64,000 nucleotides of DNA from Deferrisomatales bacterium. GTDB lineage: Bacteria; Desulfobacterota; Deferrisomatia; Deferrisomatales; JARGFW01. Every line of letters starts with the position of its first letter. Within the stretch, counting starts at the first letter, position 1. Location of the stretch: contig JARGFW010000003.1 of NCBI GenBank assembly GCA_029211085.1, positions 15,938 through 79,937 of the forward strand, given 5' to 3'. The position numbers and the translations under genes are program-made. Shown one piece after another: positions 36,238 to 45,606 of the stretch. The notes beneath the pieces are model-generated. The model saw nothing but the letters and a program-made list of their open reading frames with translations, ran no database searches and was not told the DNA's origin.

Positions 36238-37788
36238 TCACCCATCCGGAACCGGATCGCCCGCCCCCGGCGGCACCCGCACGGTACGGTCTCCGGCCAC
36301 CAACACCTGGCCGGGGGAGGCACCCTTGGGTTTGCGCAGCCGGGCGATCTCGGCCACCTGCACTTCCACCGCGCCGTCCGCCGCACGACTGCTGAACCGG
36401 GCCGCCAGGCCGGCGGCCTCGGTGAGGGTGCGCTCGGGCACCCGGGAATCCCGGCCGGGTTTACGGATCACCACATGGGCACCGGCAGCGTCGCGGACGT
36501 GGAGCCACAGGTCCCAGGGCTTGGATTCCCGCACCAACCGCTCGTTCTCGGCACCGTTGCGCCCCACCCGGAGGCTCCAGCCGTCGGAGGAGCGGAAGCG
36601 GCGGTAGGGGCCGGTGGATTCCGCCCGTCCCTCGGCTGCCTGCCGTTCCTGGGTCTCGGCCGGGCCGGCGGCCAACTCCCGTTCGGAGGCGGAAAGTCGC
36701 GCCTCCAGGGCCTGCCGGGTGCGTTCCCGCTTGCGGGCCAGGAGGTAGAGCTGGTTCAGATTCCTCCCGGGGGAGAGGCCGGGATCCAGGGGGAGGTCGT
36801 GGACGACGCCGGGGATGCGGAGGTCCGGCGCTTGCACCGAACGCTGCCCGGCCTCCACCTGCCACAACACGGCTCCCAGGGCGTCGGCCCGGTCACGGGC
36901 TTCGGCGGGGTCGGGAAGGTTCGCCAGATCGGCGCGGATGTTCGCCAGACGGCGCTGGAGCCGCCTCTCGAAGCGGGAGTAGGCCTTTTCCGCCGAGGAC
37001 TCCTGGGCGCGGTGTGCGACACCCGCTGCGTCGGCGAGCAGGTGCTCGCCGGCCGCCTCCAGCAGGTCGGTCCGCGCCGTTCCCCGATCGGGTTGGCAGG
37101 TGAGCCGCGCCGCGCTCAGCTGGTCCCCAACCCGCCACAGGGGCCCCGGCCCGGAACACTCCTCGAGCACGCCGCACCACGCCCCCCAGGGTTCGCCGGC
37201 GGCGGCGCGGTGGGCCACCTCCCGGCCCAGGGCGGCACCCAGGCCCAGTACACGGCGGTGCAGTGGCTCCCCCGCGGCCAGCCAGGTTACCAGATCCCGC
37301 TCCCCCACGGCGTCCGGCAAGGGGCGGTCCGCGGGGAGTTCCGGCCGCACGTAGGTGTTCCCGGCGGCACCCCACCCGCCTCCGGCAGCAGCGGCCCGCA
37401 CGACCCCAGCGGCGTCTACGGCAACGATGCGCCCCGCCCGCGGAAGGGCCTCCAACACCACCCGACAGGCGGAGTCGGGCGATCCGAGTTCCAGCTCCAC
37501 GACGCGCTGTCCGGCGACCACCCGCACTGCCCGCAGGGTGCCGTGGCCGTGAGCTCTCAGATACGCCGCCAGCGCGGTTGGGCGCTGGGGACAGGGTGGG
37601 CGCCTGGGCACCAGCCCCAGACCGGCACTGGCGCCGTTGGCCCCGAGCAGGAGCAGGCCGTTGCGCCCCCTCTGGCGGAGTTTGAGGACGAGTCGGCCTT
37701 CCCGGTCCTCCCACGCCCCCTGCAGCCACGCCCCGGCCCAGTCCCGTTCCAGGACACCGGCGAGGCGGGCGAGGACGAAGGAGTCCAC
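36238..37788 (-). CDS. NFACT-family protein (FbpA/RqcH-like, N-terminal NFACT-N plus C-terminal DUF814/NFACT-R)
   Basis: This protein is 516 aa. The C-terminus (YRRFRSSDGWSLRVGRNGAENERLV...DLWLHVRDAAGAHVVIR) matches the DUF814 pattern. In the N-terminal domain, the position aligned by eye with the Bacillus DR motif reads QR. Confidence 0.7.
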   Translation of the reverse strand: MDSFVLARLAGVLERDWAGAWLQGAWEDREGRLVLKLRQRGRNGLLLLGANGASAGLGLVPRRPPCPQRPTALAAYLRAHGHGTLRAVRVVAGQRVVELELGSPDSACRVVLEALPRAGRIVAVDAAGVVRAAAAGGGWGAAGNTYVRPELPADRPLPDAVGERDLVTWLAAGEPLHRRVLGLGAALGREVAHRAAAGEPWGAWCGVLEECSGPGPLWRVGDQLSAARLTCQPDRGTARTDLLEAAGEHLLADAAGVAHRAQESSAEKAYSRFERRLQRRLANIRADLANLPDPAEARDRADALGAVLWQVEAGQRSVQAPDLRIPGVVHDLPLDPGLSPGRNLNQLYLLARKRERTRQALEARLSASERELAAGPAETQERQAAEGRAESTGPYRRFRSSDGWSLRVGRNGAENERLVRESKPWDLWLHVRDAAGAHVVIRKPGRDSRVPERTLTEAAGLAARFSSRAADGAVEVQVAEIARLRKPKGASPGQVLVAGDRTVRVPPGAGDPVPDG

Positions 37789-37797
37789 CCGCGCCCC

Positions 37798-38673
37798 TTA
37801 CCAGGACGGCAGGGCGTAGCGGAACGCAGGGGCGGCGACCGCCTGCAGGGGCTCCAGGGCGGAGGCGTCCTCCCCCAAGGCCCAGTGCAGCAGGCCCGAG
37901 TGCTGCTTGCGCCGGTAGTCCAGCTTGGGTTCGCCGGTGAGTCCACCCAGTTCCTGGGCCACGGCCACGGCGTCCCAGAAGTTGCCGAGTTGGTCCACCA
38001 GCCCCAGTTCCAGTGCCTGGCGGCCGGAGTACACCCGGCCATCGGCGAGTTGCCGCACCTGCTGTGGATCCATCTTCCTACCCTCGGCCACGGCCACCAC
38101 GAACTGGTCGAACAGATCGTCGATCAGGGTCTGAAAGGTGGCGCGGTCGGCGTCGGTCATCTCCCGGAACGGGCTCCCGGCGTCCTTCATCGCACCACTT
38201 TTCACCGCTTGGCTGCGCAGGCCCAACTTGTCGAACAGCAGATGGACCTCCTTGAACTGCAAGATCACTCCGATGGACCCGGTGGCGGTGCCGGGGTTGG
38301 CAACGATGCGGGTCGCCGGTGCGGAGACATAGTAGCCCCCGGACGCGGCCAGGGCCCCCATCGCCACCACCACCGGCTTCACCGCCGCGGTGCGCCGGAC
38401 CTCGTCGTGGATCTCCTGGGACGGCCCGATCACCCCCCCGGGGCTGTTCACCTGCAATACCACGGCCTTGATGTCGTCCTCTGCGCGCAGGTTGCGCAGG
38501 GCCGTCGTGACGTGGGTGGGATCGGAGATGAACCCCTCCACCTCCACCACCCCGATGCGTTCCCCGCCCCCCAGGGCGCCGTCCTCGCGCCAGACGGCCA
38601 CGACCACCAGGGCGATCACGACTCCAAGCATGAGGGCGAACAGGAAGGCGAAGAACAGCAGCAGGCGTTTCAA
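37798..38673 (-). CDS. sppA: Signal peptide peptidase SppA (36K type)
   Basis: It lies in ORF 37798..38772. A TTG start at 38673 (LKRLLLFFAF) with GAGAGG upstream is preferred, and ATG 38631 is the alternative. Matching blocks are AVVLQVNSPGG, GALAASGGYY, GSIGV. Confidence 0.8.
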   Translation of the reverse strand: MKRLLLFFAFLFALMLGVVIALVVVAVWREDGALGGGERIGVVEVEGFISDPTHVTTALRNLRAEDDIKAVVLQVNSPGGVIGPSQEIHDEVRRTAAVKPVVVAMGALAASGGYYVSAPATRIVANPGTATGSIGVILQFKEVHLLFDKLGLRSQAVKSGAMKDAGSPFREMTDADRATFQTLIDDLFDQFVVAVAEGRKMDPQQVRQLADGRVYSGRQALELGLVDQLGNFWDAVAVAQELGGLTGEPKLDYRRKQHSGLLHWALGEDASALEPLQAVAAPAFRYALPSW

Positions 38674-38775
38674 GGGGGCACCTCTCGTGGGCGGGCGAGA
38701 CAAAGGCGGACGCGGGAAAGGATGTGCCGAACCGTGGGAGGCTGTCAATTGGGGGGCGCCCATACCCGGCACTTA

Positions 38776-38816
38776 CGCACAGAGGGCCGCCCCAAAACCG
38801 GAGCGGCCCTCTGCGC
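38776..38816 (-). terminator. GC-rich hairpin downstream of rpsA (possible terminator/attenuator)
   Basis: On the minus strand the sequence is GCGCAGAGGGCCGC-uccgguuuugg-GGCGGCCCUCUGUGCG, a stem of about 13 bp. There is no U-tract after it, so intrinsic termination is uncertain. Confidence 0.35.
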
Positions 38817-38850
38817 ATGCCACGGCCCCCGGCAGTTGCCGGGAGCGGTT

Positions 38851-40620
38851 CTATTCCTCGGTCGCGGGCTCCACGGCGGCCGCCGCCGGGGCGCTCTCTG
38901 CGCCCCCCTCCTTGGCCTTCTTGGCCTGCAGGATCTTCTCGCCGAGGGTACTCGGCGAGTTGGCCGCGATCTCCTCGTTGATCGCCGCCAGGGCCACCTT
39001 CCCGGCCCGCACCTCGGCGTCCTCGATGGCCTTCATGGAGAGGGAGATCTTGCGCTCCTCCTGGTCGATATTCAGCACCTCGGCCTGGACCTCCTGGCCG
39101 ACCGCAATCACCTTGGAGAGGTCTTCCACCTTGTCGCTGGAAACCTCACTGATGTGCACCAGCCCCTCGATACCCGGCTCCAGTTCCACGAAGATGCCGA
39201 ACTCGGTGAGGTTGGTGGCCTTGCCGGTGACGATGGAACCGACCCGGTAGCGGGTGTGGATGCCGGCCCAGGGGTCCGGGTGCAACTGCTTGACACCGAG
39301 ACTGAAGCGTTCGTTTTCCTTGTCGATGCTGAGCACCACGGCCTCTACCTCGTCGCCCACGGTGTAGAGGGTGGCGGGGTGGGTGACGCGTTTGGTCCAG
39401 GACAGGTCGCTGACGTGGATGAGGCCGTCGATGCCCTCTTCCACACCCAGGAACACACCGAAGTCGGTGATGTTGCGGATGGTGCCGCGCACCACCGCAC
39501 CCGGCGGGTAGCGTCCCTCAAGCATGTCCCAGGGGTTGGCCTGGCACTGTTTGATGCCGAGGGAGATGCGCTTGCGGTTGGTATCCAGGTTGAGGATCAT
39601 CACCTCGACCTGCTCGCCGATGGCCACCTTCTCGCTGGGGTGGTTGACGCGCTTGGTCCAACTCATCTCGGAGATGTGGACCAGACCTTCGATGCCCCGC
39701 TCCAACTCCACGAACGCGCCGTAGTCGGTGATGGAGACCACCTTGCCCATGACCTTGGAACCGATGGGGTAGGTGTCCTCGGCGGTGGTCCACGGATCGG
39801 GCTGCAACTGCTTCAGGCCCAGGCTCACACGCTCCCGCTCCGGGTCGAAGGACAGCACCTTGACGGTGACCTCTTCGCCGATGTCGAACATTTCAGAGGG
39901 GTGGTTGACCCGGCCCCAGCTCATGTCGGTGACGTGAAGCAGGCCGTCGATGCCGCCCAGGTCGATGAACGCGCCGTAGTCGGTGACGTTCTTGACCACA
40001 CCCAACAGCACGGCGCCCTCTTCCAGTTTCTTGAGGATGTCCTTGCGCTGGCTCTCGCGCTCCTTCTCCAGCAACACCCGGCGCGACAGAACGATGTTGC
40101 CGCGACGGCGGTTGAACTTGATGATCTTGAACTGATAGGTCTCGCCGATCAGTTTCTCGAGTTGGCGCACGGGGCGCAGGGCCACCTGGGATCCCGGCAG
40201 GAACGCGCGCACGCCGATGTCAACGGACAGGCCGCCCTTGATGCGGGCGACGATCTTGCCATCCACTGGCTCGTCCTTCTCGGCGGCCTCACTGATCACG
40301 TCCCAGACGCGAATCTTGTCGGCCTTGTCCTTCGACAAGACCACCATGCCATCGTCATCTTCGAGGCGCTCGACCAGCACTTCCACCTGGTCGCCGACCG
40401 CGACCTCCAGCTTCTTGCCATCGGGCCCGCGGAACTCGTTGAGGTTCACCATGCCTTCGGACTTGTAGCCGATGTCCACCACGGCGAAGTCGCTGCTCAC
40501 TTTGATGATGCGGCCCATGGCGACCTCGCCCTGTTTCGGCCCGAAGGTGCTCTCATCGAGGAGCGCGCCGAAATCCAGCTCCTCTTCGCTGTGGGTGGTC
40601 TGCCCGTTGTCGGTTACCAT
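38851..40620 (-). CDS. rpsA: 30S ribosomal protein S1
   Basis: This 589-aa protein has six S1 repeats (e.g. GRIIKVSSDFAVVDIGYKSEG, GVVKNVTDYGAFIDLGGIDGLLHVTDMSW). Confidence 0.97.
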   Translation of the reverse strand: MVTDNGQTTHSEEELDFGALLDESTFGPKQGEVAMGRIIKVSSDFAVVDIGYKSEGMVNLNEFRGPDGKKLEVAVGDQVEVLVERLEDDDGMVVLSKDKADKIRVWDVISEAAEKDEPVDGKIVARIKGGLSVDIGVRAFLPGSQVALRPVRQLEKLIGETYQFKIIKFNRRRGNIVLSRRVLLEKERESQRKDILKKLEEGAVLLGVVKNVTDYGAFIDLGGIDGLLHVTDMSWGRVNHPSEMFDIGEEVTVKVLSFDPERERVSLGLKQLQPDPWTTAEDTYPIGSKVMGKVVSITDYGAFVELERGIEGLVHISEMSWTKRVNHPSEKVAIGEQVEVMILNLDTNRKRISLGIKQCQANPWDMLEGRYPPGAVVRGTIRNITDFGVFLGVEEGIDGLIHVSDLSWTKRVTHPATLYTVGDEVEAVVLSIDKENERFSLGVKQLHPDPWAGIHTRYRVGSIVTGKATNLTEFGIFVELEPGIEGLVHISEVSSDKVEDLSKVIAVGQEVQAEVLNIDQEERKISLSMKAIEDAEVRAGKVALAAINEEIAANSPSTLGEKILQAKKAKEGGAESAPAAAAVEPATEE

Positions 40621-40744
40621 TGCTGATGATTTCCTTGGCTAGGGTGAATAAACAAAAGGCACCGCCCATGGCGATCCCTTCCAACAGTGGACTGGTGAGG
40701 CTAGCACAGCGTTTCCAGGAACTCAACGGATTTTCCCCGCCGCT

Positions 40745-41431
40745 TCAACCGTTTTTCGCTCTCCCCACCACGTTCTCCACGATCTCAATGAGCCGCTGCA
40801 CCACGCCGTCGATGTCGAGCCCGGTGGTATCCACTGCCACGGCGTCGTCGGCGCGCCGGAGCGGCGCGTGCTCACGGGTGCTGTCCTGGCGGTCGCGGGC
40901 GCAGATATCTGCCAGCACCGCGGCCGCGGCCGCGGGCTGACCACGGCGGTTCAACTCCGCGGTGCGGCGGCGCGCGCGCTCCTCGGCGGTGGCTGTCAGG
41001 AAGATCTTTACCGCCGCGTCGGGGAACACCACGGTACCGACGTCGCGGCCCTCCAGCACCGCCGGACGCCGTTCTCCCAACTGGCGTTGGTAGCGGCCCA
41101 TGGCGTCGCGTACCGGCCGCCGGGCCGAAACCCGGGATGCCAGGTCACTGACCCGGTGTTCGCGGATCGCCGCCGACACATCCTCCCCGTCCAGCAGCAC
41201 CTGTACCCCCCCAGAGGGATCGGGCACCAGGTCGATGCGGGTGTCGGCACACAATCCGGCCAGGGCCTGGTCGTCGTCCAGGGCCACCCCTAGGCGGTCG
41301 GCCTTGAGCCCCACGCTGCGGTACATCGCACCGGTGTCGATGTAGCTCCAGCCCAGACGGGTGGCCAGGGCCCGGGCCACGGTGCTCTTGCCCGCTCCCG
41401 AGGGACCGTCGATCGCCACCACCTTCAGCAC
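40745..41431 (-). CDS. cmk: Cytidylate kinase
   Basis: It lies in ORF 40745..41764. The start is GTG 41431 (VLKVVAIDGPSGAGKST), with GGGAGG upstream, and it overlaps the end of engB by 7 nt. The block GAMYR is present. Confidence 0.9.
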   Translation of the reverse strand: MLKVVAIDGPSGAGKSTVARALATRLGWSYIDTGAMYRSVGLKADRLGVALDDDQALAGLCADTRIDLVPDPSGGVQVLLDGEDVSAAIREHRVSDLASRVSARRPVRDAMGRYQRQLGERRPAVLEGRDVGTVVFPDAAVKIFLTATAEERARRRTAELNRRGQPAAAAAVLADICARDRQDSTREHAPLRRADDAVAVDTTGLDIDGVVQRLIEIVENVVGRAKNG

Positions 41432-42051
41432 CCGGGTTCCGCCTCCCCGGCACCGGGCGCCAGCCAACCGTTCACGGTGTGCCACACCGCATCGATCCCC
41501 TCTCCGGTGCGGGCCGAGGTGACCAGCAGCAGGGCGGGATCGCACTCGAGCGCCCGGGCCAGCACCTGCACCCGCCGGCTGCGTTCCCCGCGCCCCACCT
41601 TGTCGGCCTTGGTCAGCGCCACCACCAGTTCGCGCCCCCCCTGACGGGCCAGGGACAACAGCTCCCGGTCGTCGGCGGTGGGATCGCGGCGCAGATCCAG
41701 CAGCAGCACCACACCCACCAGGTCGGCGGAGCCGAGCACATAGCGCCGGGTGTTCTGCTGCCACTGCTGTACCACCGCCAGGGGGGCCTTTGCGTATCCG
41801 TGCCCCGGCAGGTCCACCATCACCAACCCAGAACCCACCTCAAAGTAGTTGAGGGCCTGGGTGCGGCCCGGGGTATTCGAGGTGCGCGCCAGCCCCTTGC
41901 GCCCCAGCAGGCGGTTGAGAAGCGACGACTTGCCCACGTTGGAGCGTCCCCCTACCGCCACTTGGGGACGGCCATCGTCGTCGCCGGGGCGCCAAGAGGG
42001 CACGGTTTTCAAGAATCGCGCGGTGGATGGGTGGGGTCGCGGGTTGTTCAT
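41425..42051 (-). CDS. engB: Ribosome-biogenesis GTPase EngB/YihA
   Basis: It lies in ORF 41425..42249. G1 is GRSNVGKSSLLN and G3 is DLPGHG. ATG 42051 (MNNPRPHP) is preferred as the start, and ATG 42120 is the alternative. Confidence 0.85.
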   Translation of the reverse strand: MNNPRPHPSTARFLKTVPSWRPGDDDGRPQVAVGGRSNVGKSSLLNRLLGRKGLARTSNTPGRTQALNYFEVGSGLVMVDLPGHGYAKAPLAVVQQWQQNTRRYVLGSADLVGVVLLLDLRRDPTADDRELLSLARQGGRELVVALTKADKVGRGERSRRVQVLARALECDPALLLVTSARTGEGIDAVWHTVNGWLAPGAGEAEPGC

Positions 42052-42122
42052 GGGGGCCGGGGGTCGGGGTTGCGGCAGAGGTCTTACGGTAGGGCCAGGC
42101 CCTTGGAATTTCAACTTCATTC

Positions 42123-42152
42123 TTGACACGCTTTCGACCCAACCGAAACAAT
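42123..42152 (+). promoter_or_regulatory. Candidate sigma70-type promoter upstream of the 42298 gene
   Basis: TTGACA lies at 42123-42128, followed by an 18-nt spacer and AACAAT at 42147-42152. This is a sequence match only. Confidence 0.3.
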
Positions 42153-42297
42153 GCCAAGTTGGTTGACGTCCAGATCGTGCCCGCCCGACAGTCGGAGTTC
42201 TCCTCAACCGTTTCGCGTCGTCGGCTGCGGCCGTAGCGGGTCGGAACACTTCCCAGACGCCCAGGGTGAGGGCGAGCGGTTAAGCGCGGAGGGCCCC

Positions 42298-42510
42298 ATG
42301 GCCGATACGGTTGCCAAGCTCAAACACCTGTTGCCCCACTGGGTGGAGCACAACGCGTCCCACCTGGAGTCGTTCCGCCAGTGGCAGCAGAGGGCCCGCG
42401 ACCAGGGGCTGGATACGATTGCCGACGCACTGGGGGAGACTGTAGACGCGGCACGGCAAGCGGACGCCGCCCTGCGGCGGGCCACGGCAGCCGTCGCCGA
42501 AGCAGAGTGA
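42298..42510 (+). CDS. Small helical hypothetical protein (70 aa)
   Basis: The start is ATG 42298, with GGAGGG upstream (MADTVAKLKHLLPHWVEHNASHLESFRQW...). GC3 is high. I recognise no family. Confidence 0.5.
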   Translation: MADTVAKLKHLLPHWVEHNASHLESFRQWQQRARDQGLDTIADALGETVDAARQADAALRRATAAVAEAE

Positions 42511-42592
42511 CACGCCGCTTTTGGGAAGGGCTCAACATTTTGCGTTGGGGGTCCGATAGGAGAGTGCGGAACAACCGGGAAGGAATATCGCA

Positions 42593-43276
42593 GTGGAACT
42601 GCGCGGCAACCTGATCGATTTCAGCCTGCCTGATATCATCCAGTTGGTGGGCTTCGGGCGTAAGACGGGCGCCCTGCGACTGAGCTTTGCCGCCGGTGAC
42701 GCGGCGCTGTTCTTCGACCAGGGCAACGTGGTGCACGCCGAATACCCGGGCAGTGTGGGCCAGGACGCGGTGTACCAGTTGTTCCACGTGCCCTCCGGGG
42801 AGTTCCGGTTTCAGACCGAGGTGCTGCCCGATACCCGCACCATCGAGATGGACCCGACCAACCTCATCATGGAGGCCGCCCGGCTCCTGGATGAGTCCAA
42901 CCGGGAACGATCGGAGGAGGCAGTCCTCGCCGACGCCATCGACGAACTCAGCGAGTCCGACTGGTTCGGCGAGGCTACGGCTGGGCCAGAGGCTGCGGCT
43001 GAGCCAGAGGCTGGCCCCGCGCCAGACGCTGAGCCCGCCCCCCCCCGGCGGCGGACGCCCGGGGAGATCAAGGCGGATATCAAATCCCTGCTGAAAGAAC
43101 GCTTCGGACGGGGGGCCAAGAAACTCTTACAGGCTGTGGAGCGATGCGGAGATTCTGTCGAGGAAATGAACGAGATGACGGACCGGGCCGAGAAATACAT
43201 CCAGGTCTTTCTCGACAGCAGTGCCGCCCAGGACGTGGCCCGGCAGCTTCGCCAGCTCATCTCTGGATCCCCCTAG
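42593..43276 (+). CDS. DUF4388-like (PatA-N-like) domain protein with acidic/Pro-rich linker
   Basis: The start is GTG 42593. The N-terminus is LRGNLIDFSLPDIIQLVGFGRKTGALRL...G.VVHAEY, the typical DUF4388 signature. Confidence 0.65.
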   Translation: MELRGNLIDFSLPDIIQLVGFGRKTGALRLSFAAGDAALFFDQGNVVHAEYPGSVGQDAVYQLFHVPSGEFRFQTEVLPDTRTIEMDPTNLIMEAARLLDESNRERSEEAVLADAIDELSESDWFGEATAGPEAAAEPEAGPAPDAEPAPPRRRTPGEIKADIKSLLKERFGRGAKKLLQAVERCGDSVEEMNEMTDRAEKYIQVFLDSSAAQDVARQLRQLISGSP

Positions 43277-45606
43277 TCCTCCTGCTGCTCCCGAACCTGT
43301 GGGGAGCTGCAACCCCTTGTCTGGCCGGGCCCGCCGGCACAGCCGCGATCCAGATCACCCTTCCCAAAGACGCGTACTACGATATCGCTTCGGACTCCCT
43401 GGGCCACAAGACCGAGGCCATCCGCGCCGCAGTACGGAACGCCAACCCCGGGGTGACCTCGTTCGAACTGGACCGCAGCGGCGACGACATCACCCTGCAT
43501 TTCATCTTGGGTGACGGCATGGAACAGACCGGGTTCCGCCTGCTCGGTTCCAAGCGCGACTTCTATAGCATCTCCATGGGCGGGCGCCTGGAAGAGACCC
43601 TGGCCAAGCTGGCCCAGGCGGACCCCAACATCGAACCCGCCGGGGCCGAAAAATCCGGCGCAATGATCACCCTTCGCGTCGCCTATGCCTGGCCTGCGGG
43701 CCACGTGCCGTCGTTCGCGGTGCTGCTCCAGCCCGAGACCGCCCCGGAGCCGCCCCCGCCGCCGGAGACCACACCCAAACCCGCTCCGAAAACGGATTCC
43801 CGGCCCGAGACACCTCCCGAGAACAAGGTCCCTGCGCGGCAGGTGCGGTTCATCGACACCCCGGTAGCGGAACAGCAGCGCGCCGCGCCCCCTGCCCCTG
43901 CCCCAGCACCCGTCCAGGCCCGGCGGCCGGCCGCCGCGGAAGCGGCCGTGGCGGTGGAGCCACCGCCCCAAGCGCCGGTGGGCCGTTCACCGGTGGTACG
44001 GGAAAGCACCGCCACCGCAGCCCCCGCCCAGGCCGAAGCCCCCCGGCCGGCCTCCCGCACCCAGGCGGAGATGGACTTCAACGCCGCCCGCGAGACGGGA
44101 ACCTTGCAGGCCCTGACGCGCTTCCTCGACGCCCACCCCGACTCCCCGTACTCCCCAGAGGCAGAGCAACGGGCCAGCGAGCTCCGCGAGCGAGCCGCCT
44201 ATACCCGAGCCCGGGAGCGTGACGACGTGGCCGGTTATCGGGGCTTTTTGGAGAACTTTCCCGAATCCCGTCTGCGCGGCGAGATCGAGGTTCGGGCGCA
44301 GGCCCTGGAGGAGAGCCAACGCCGTCAGGAATCCGAGAAGCGCAACCAGGCCGACGCGGCGAAGCGCCTGCGCGCCGCCTACGACGAGACCCGCAAACTC
44401 GACAGCCCGGAGGCATACCAGATCTTCCTGGCTGCGTACCCCAACTCGACCGAGGCCGTGGCTGCCAAGAAGCGACTGGCGACGATCGAGGCCGACGAGG
44501 AGGCGTTTCGCGGAGCCCACGGGTCCGAGGAACAGCTCGACAGCTACCTGACCCAGTACCCCTATGGCCGCCACGCGAGCGAGGCCCGCAGCGAGTTGCA
44601 GACCCTGCGGGTTCGCCGCATGGAGGCGGACTACCGCACCACCCTGGCTGCCGGCACGGCCGAGGCGTTCCGCGCCTTTCTCAAACAGTGGCCCCGTAGC
44701 CCCCGGAGCCGGGAAGCCAGTGAAGCCCTGGCGTCCTTGGAGCGGAGCGGTATCCCCGAGCCCCCCCGGGCGGGAGGGCATCCGGCGGAGATCGCCACCT
44801 CGGCGGCGCAGCTGATCGCACCCCGGGTGACCACGCCCCCGACGGTGGACGGAAACGGGGCGGACCCGGGCTGGGCCGCAGCGCCTACCCTAGTGACCCC
44901 GTTGCACGGCGCGGCCGGTGCCGACAGGCTGGAAGTACGGGCAGTGCACGACGGCCAAACCTTGTACTTCCTGCTGCGCTGGGCCGATCCCACCCGCGAC
45001 ACGGTGAACCGGCCCTGGAACTGGTCTCCGGCGGACAAGACCTACCACCAGGGCCAGCAACTCGACGACGGCGCATCGGTGATGCTGTTCGGCGACACCG
45101 CACCGGGAGACGCCTGTATGCTCGCCGGCGGGGGATGGCAGGGCGATAGCTGGACCTGGCGGGCCAACTGGTCGAGCCTCGCCGGCCTGGCCGACGACGG
45201 GGTGATGCGCGGCAGCGTGGAGCGGCTCCCCCAGTCCAACCCCTACCCCGCCGCCGACGGCAACGGCCAGGTGTGGATCAGCAGGCACACCGACGAAGGC
45301 ACGCCGGGCTGGTCGTTCTACATCCCCCTGGATTTCGAAGGCCCGGTAGTGGGCAGTTACCAGGCCGCCAGGGCTCGCGGAAGCCGCGCCGACGTAGTCG
45401 CGCAGGGCCAGTGGTCCGAGGCCCGGGAGAACCCGACCTGGACCGTGGAGTTCTCAAGGGCACTGGACACCCGTCACAGCGACGACCAGCCGCTGGCGAT
45501 CGGCCGGCCCACGGCCGTCGCCTTCGCCGTGTACAACCAGGCGGACAAGGCCAACCACAGCGTCAGCTCGCTGATCCGGCTCATTCTGAAAAAGGAGCAA
45601 CCGTGA
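43144..45606 (+). CDS. Secreted multi-domain protein: N-terminal domain, Pro-rich linker, five ~40-aa FL..YP.S helical repeats, C-terminal EB_dh/DOMON-like (heme-binding-type) domain
   Basis: This is the long frame of ORF 43144..45606. The true start is uncertain, lying between 43144 and about 43290, and the hydrophobic stretch WIPLVLLLLPNLWGAA looks like a signal peptide. The repeats include LTRFLDAHPDSPYSPEAEQRASEL and YRGFLENFPESRLRGEIE. The C-terminus (PTVDGNGADPGWAAAP...VRAVHDGQTLYFLLRWADPTRD) matches the EB_dh/DOMON pattern. Confidence 0.65.
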   Translation: MRRFCRGNERDDGPGREIHPGLSRQQCRPGRGPAASPAHLWIPLVLLLLPNLWGAATPCLAGPAGTAAIQITLPKDAYYDIASDSLGHKTEAIRAAVRNANPGVTSFELDRSGDDITLHFILGDGMEQTGFRLLGSKRDFYSISMGGRLEETLAKLAQADPNIEPAGAEKSGAMITLRVAYAWPAGHVPSFAVLLQPETAPEPPPPPETTPKPAPKTDSRPETPPENKVPARQVRFIDTPVAEQQRAAPPAPAPAPVQARRPAAAEAAVAVEPPPQAPVGRSPVVRESTATAAPAQAEAPRPASRTQAEMDFNAARETGTLQALTRFLDAHPDSPYSPEAEQRASELRERAAYTRARERDDVAGYRGFLENFPESRLRGEIEVRAQALEESQRRQESEKRNQADAAKRLRAAYDETRKLDSPEAYQIFLAAYPNSTEAVAAKKRLATIEADEEAFRGAHGSEEQLDSYLTQYPYGRHASEARSELQTLRVRRMEADYRTTLAAGTAEAFRAFLKQWPRSPRSREASEALASLERSGIPEPPRAGGHPAEIATSAAQLIAPRVTTPPTVDGNGADPGWAAAPTLVTPLHGAAGADRLEVRAVHDGQTLYFLLRWADPTRDTVNRPWNWSPADKTYHQGQQLDDGASVMLFGDTAPGDACMLAGGGWQGDSWTWRANWSSLAGLADDGVMRGSVERLPQSNPYPAADGNGQVWISRHTDEGTPGWSFYIPLDFEGPVVGSYQAARARGSRADVVAQGQWSEARENPTWTVEFSRALDTRHSDDQPLAIGRPTAVAFAVYNQADKANHSVSSLIRLILKKEQP

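Noticed and set aside
36130-40626. A 1498-aa plus-strand ORF, the longest in the window.
   Set aside because: It runs antisense to the NFACT-like gene, sppA and rpsA, all of which have clear family motifs. Its translation is low-complexity (G/A/P/R/H/V-rich) with no recognisable domain. It is a typical high-GC shadow ORF.
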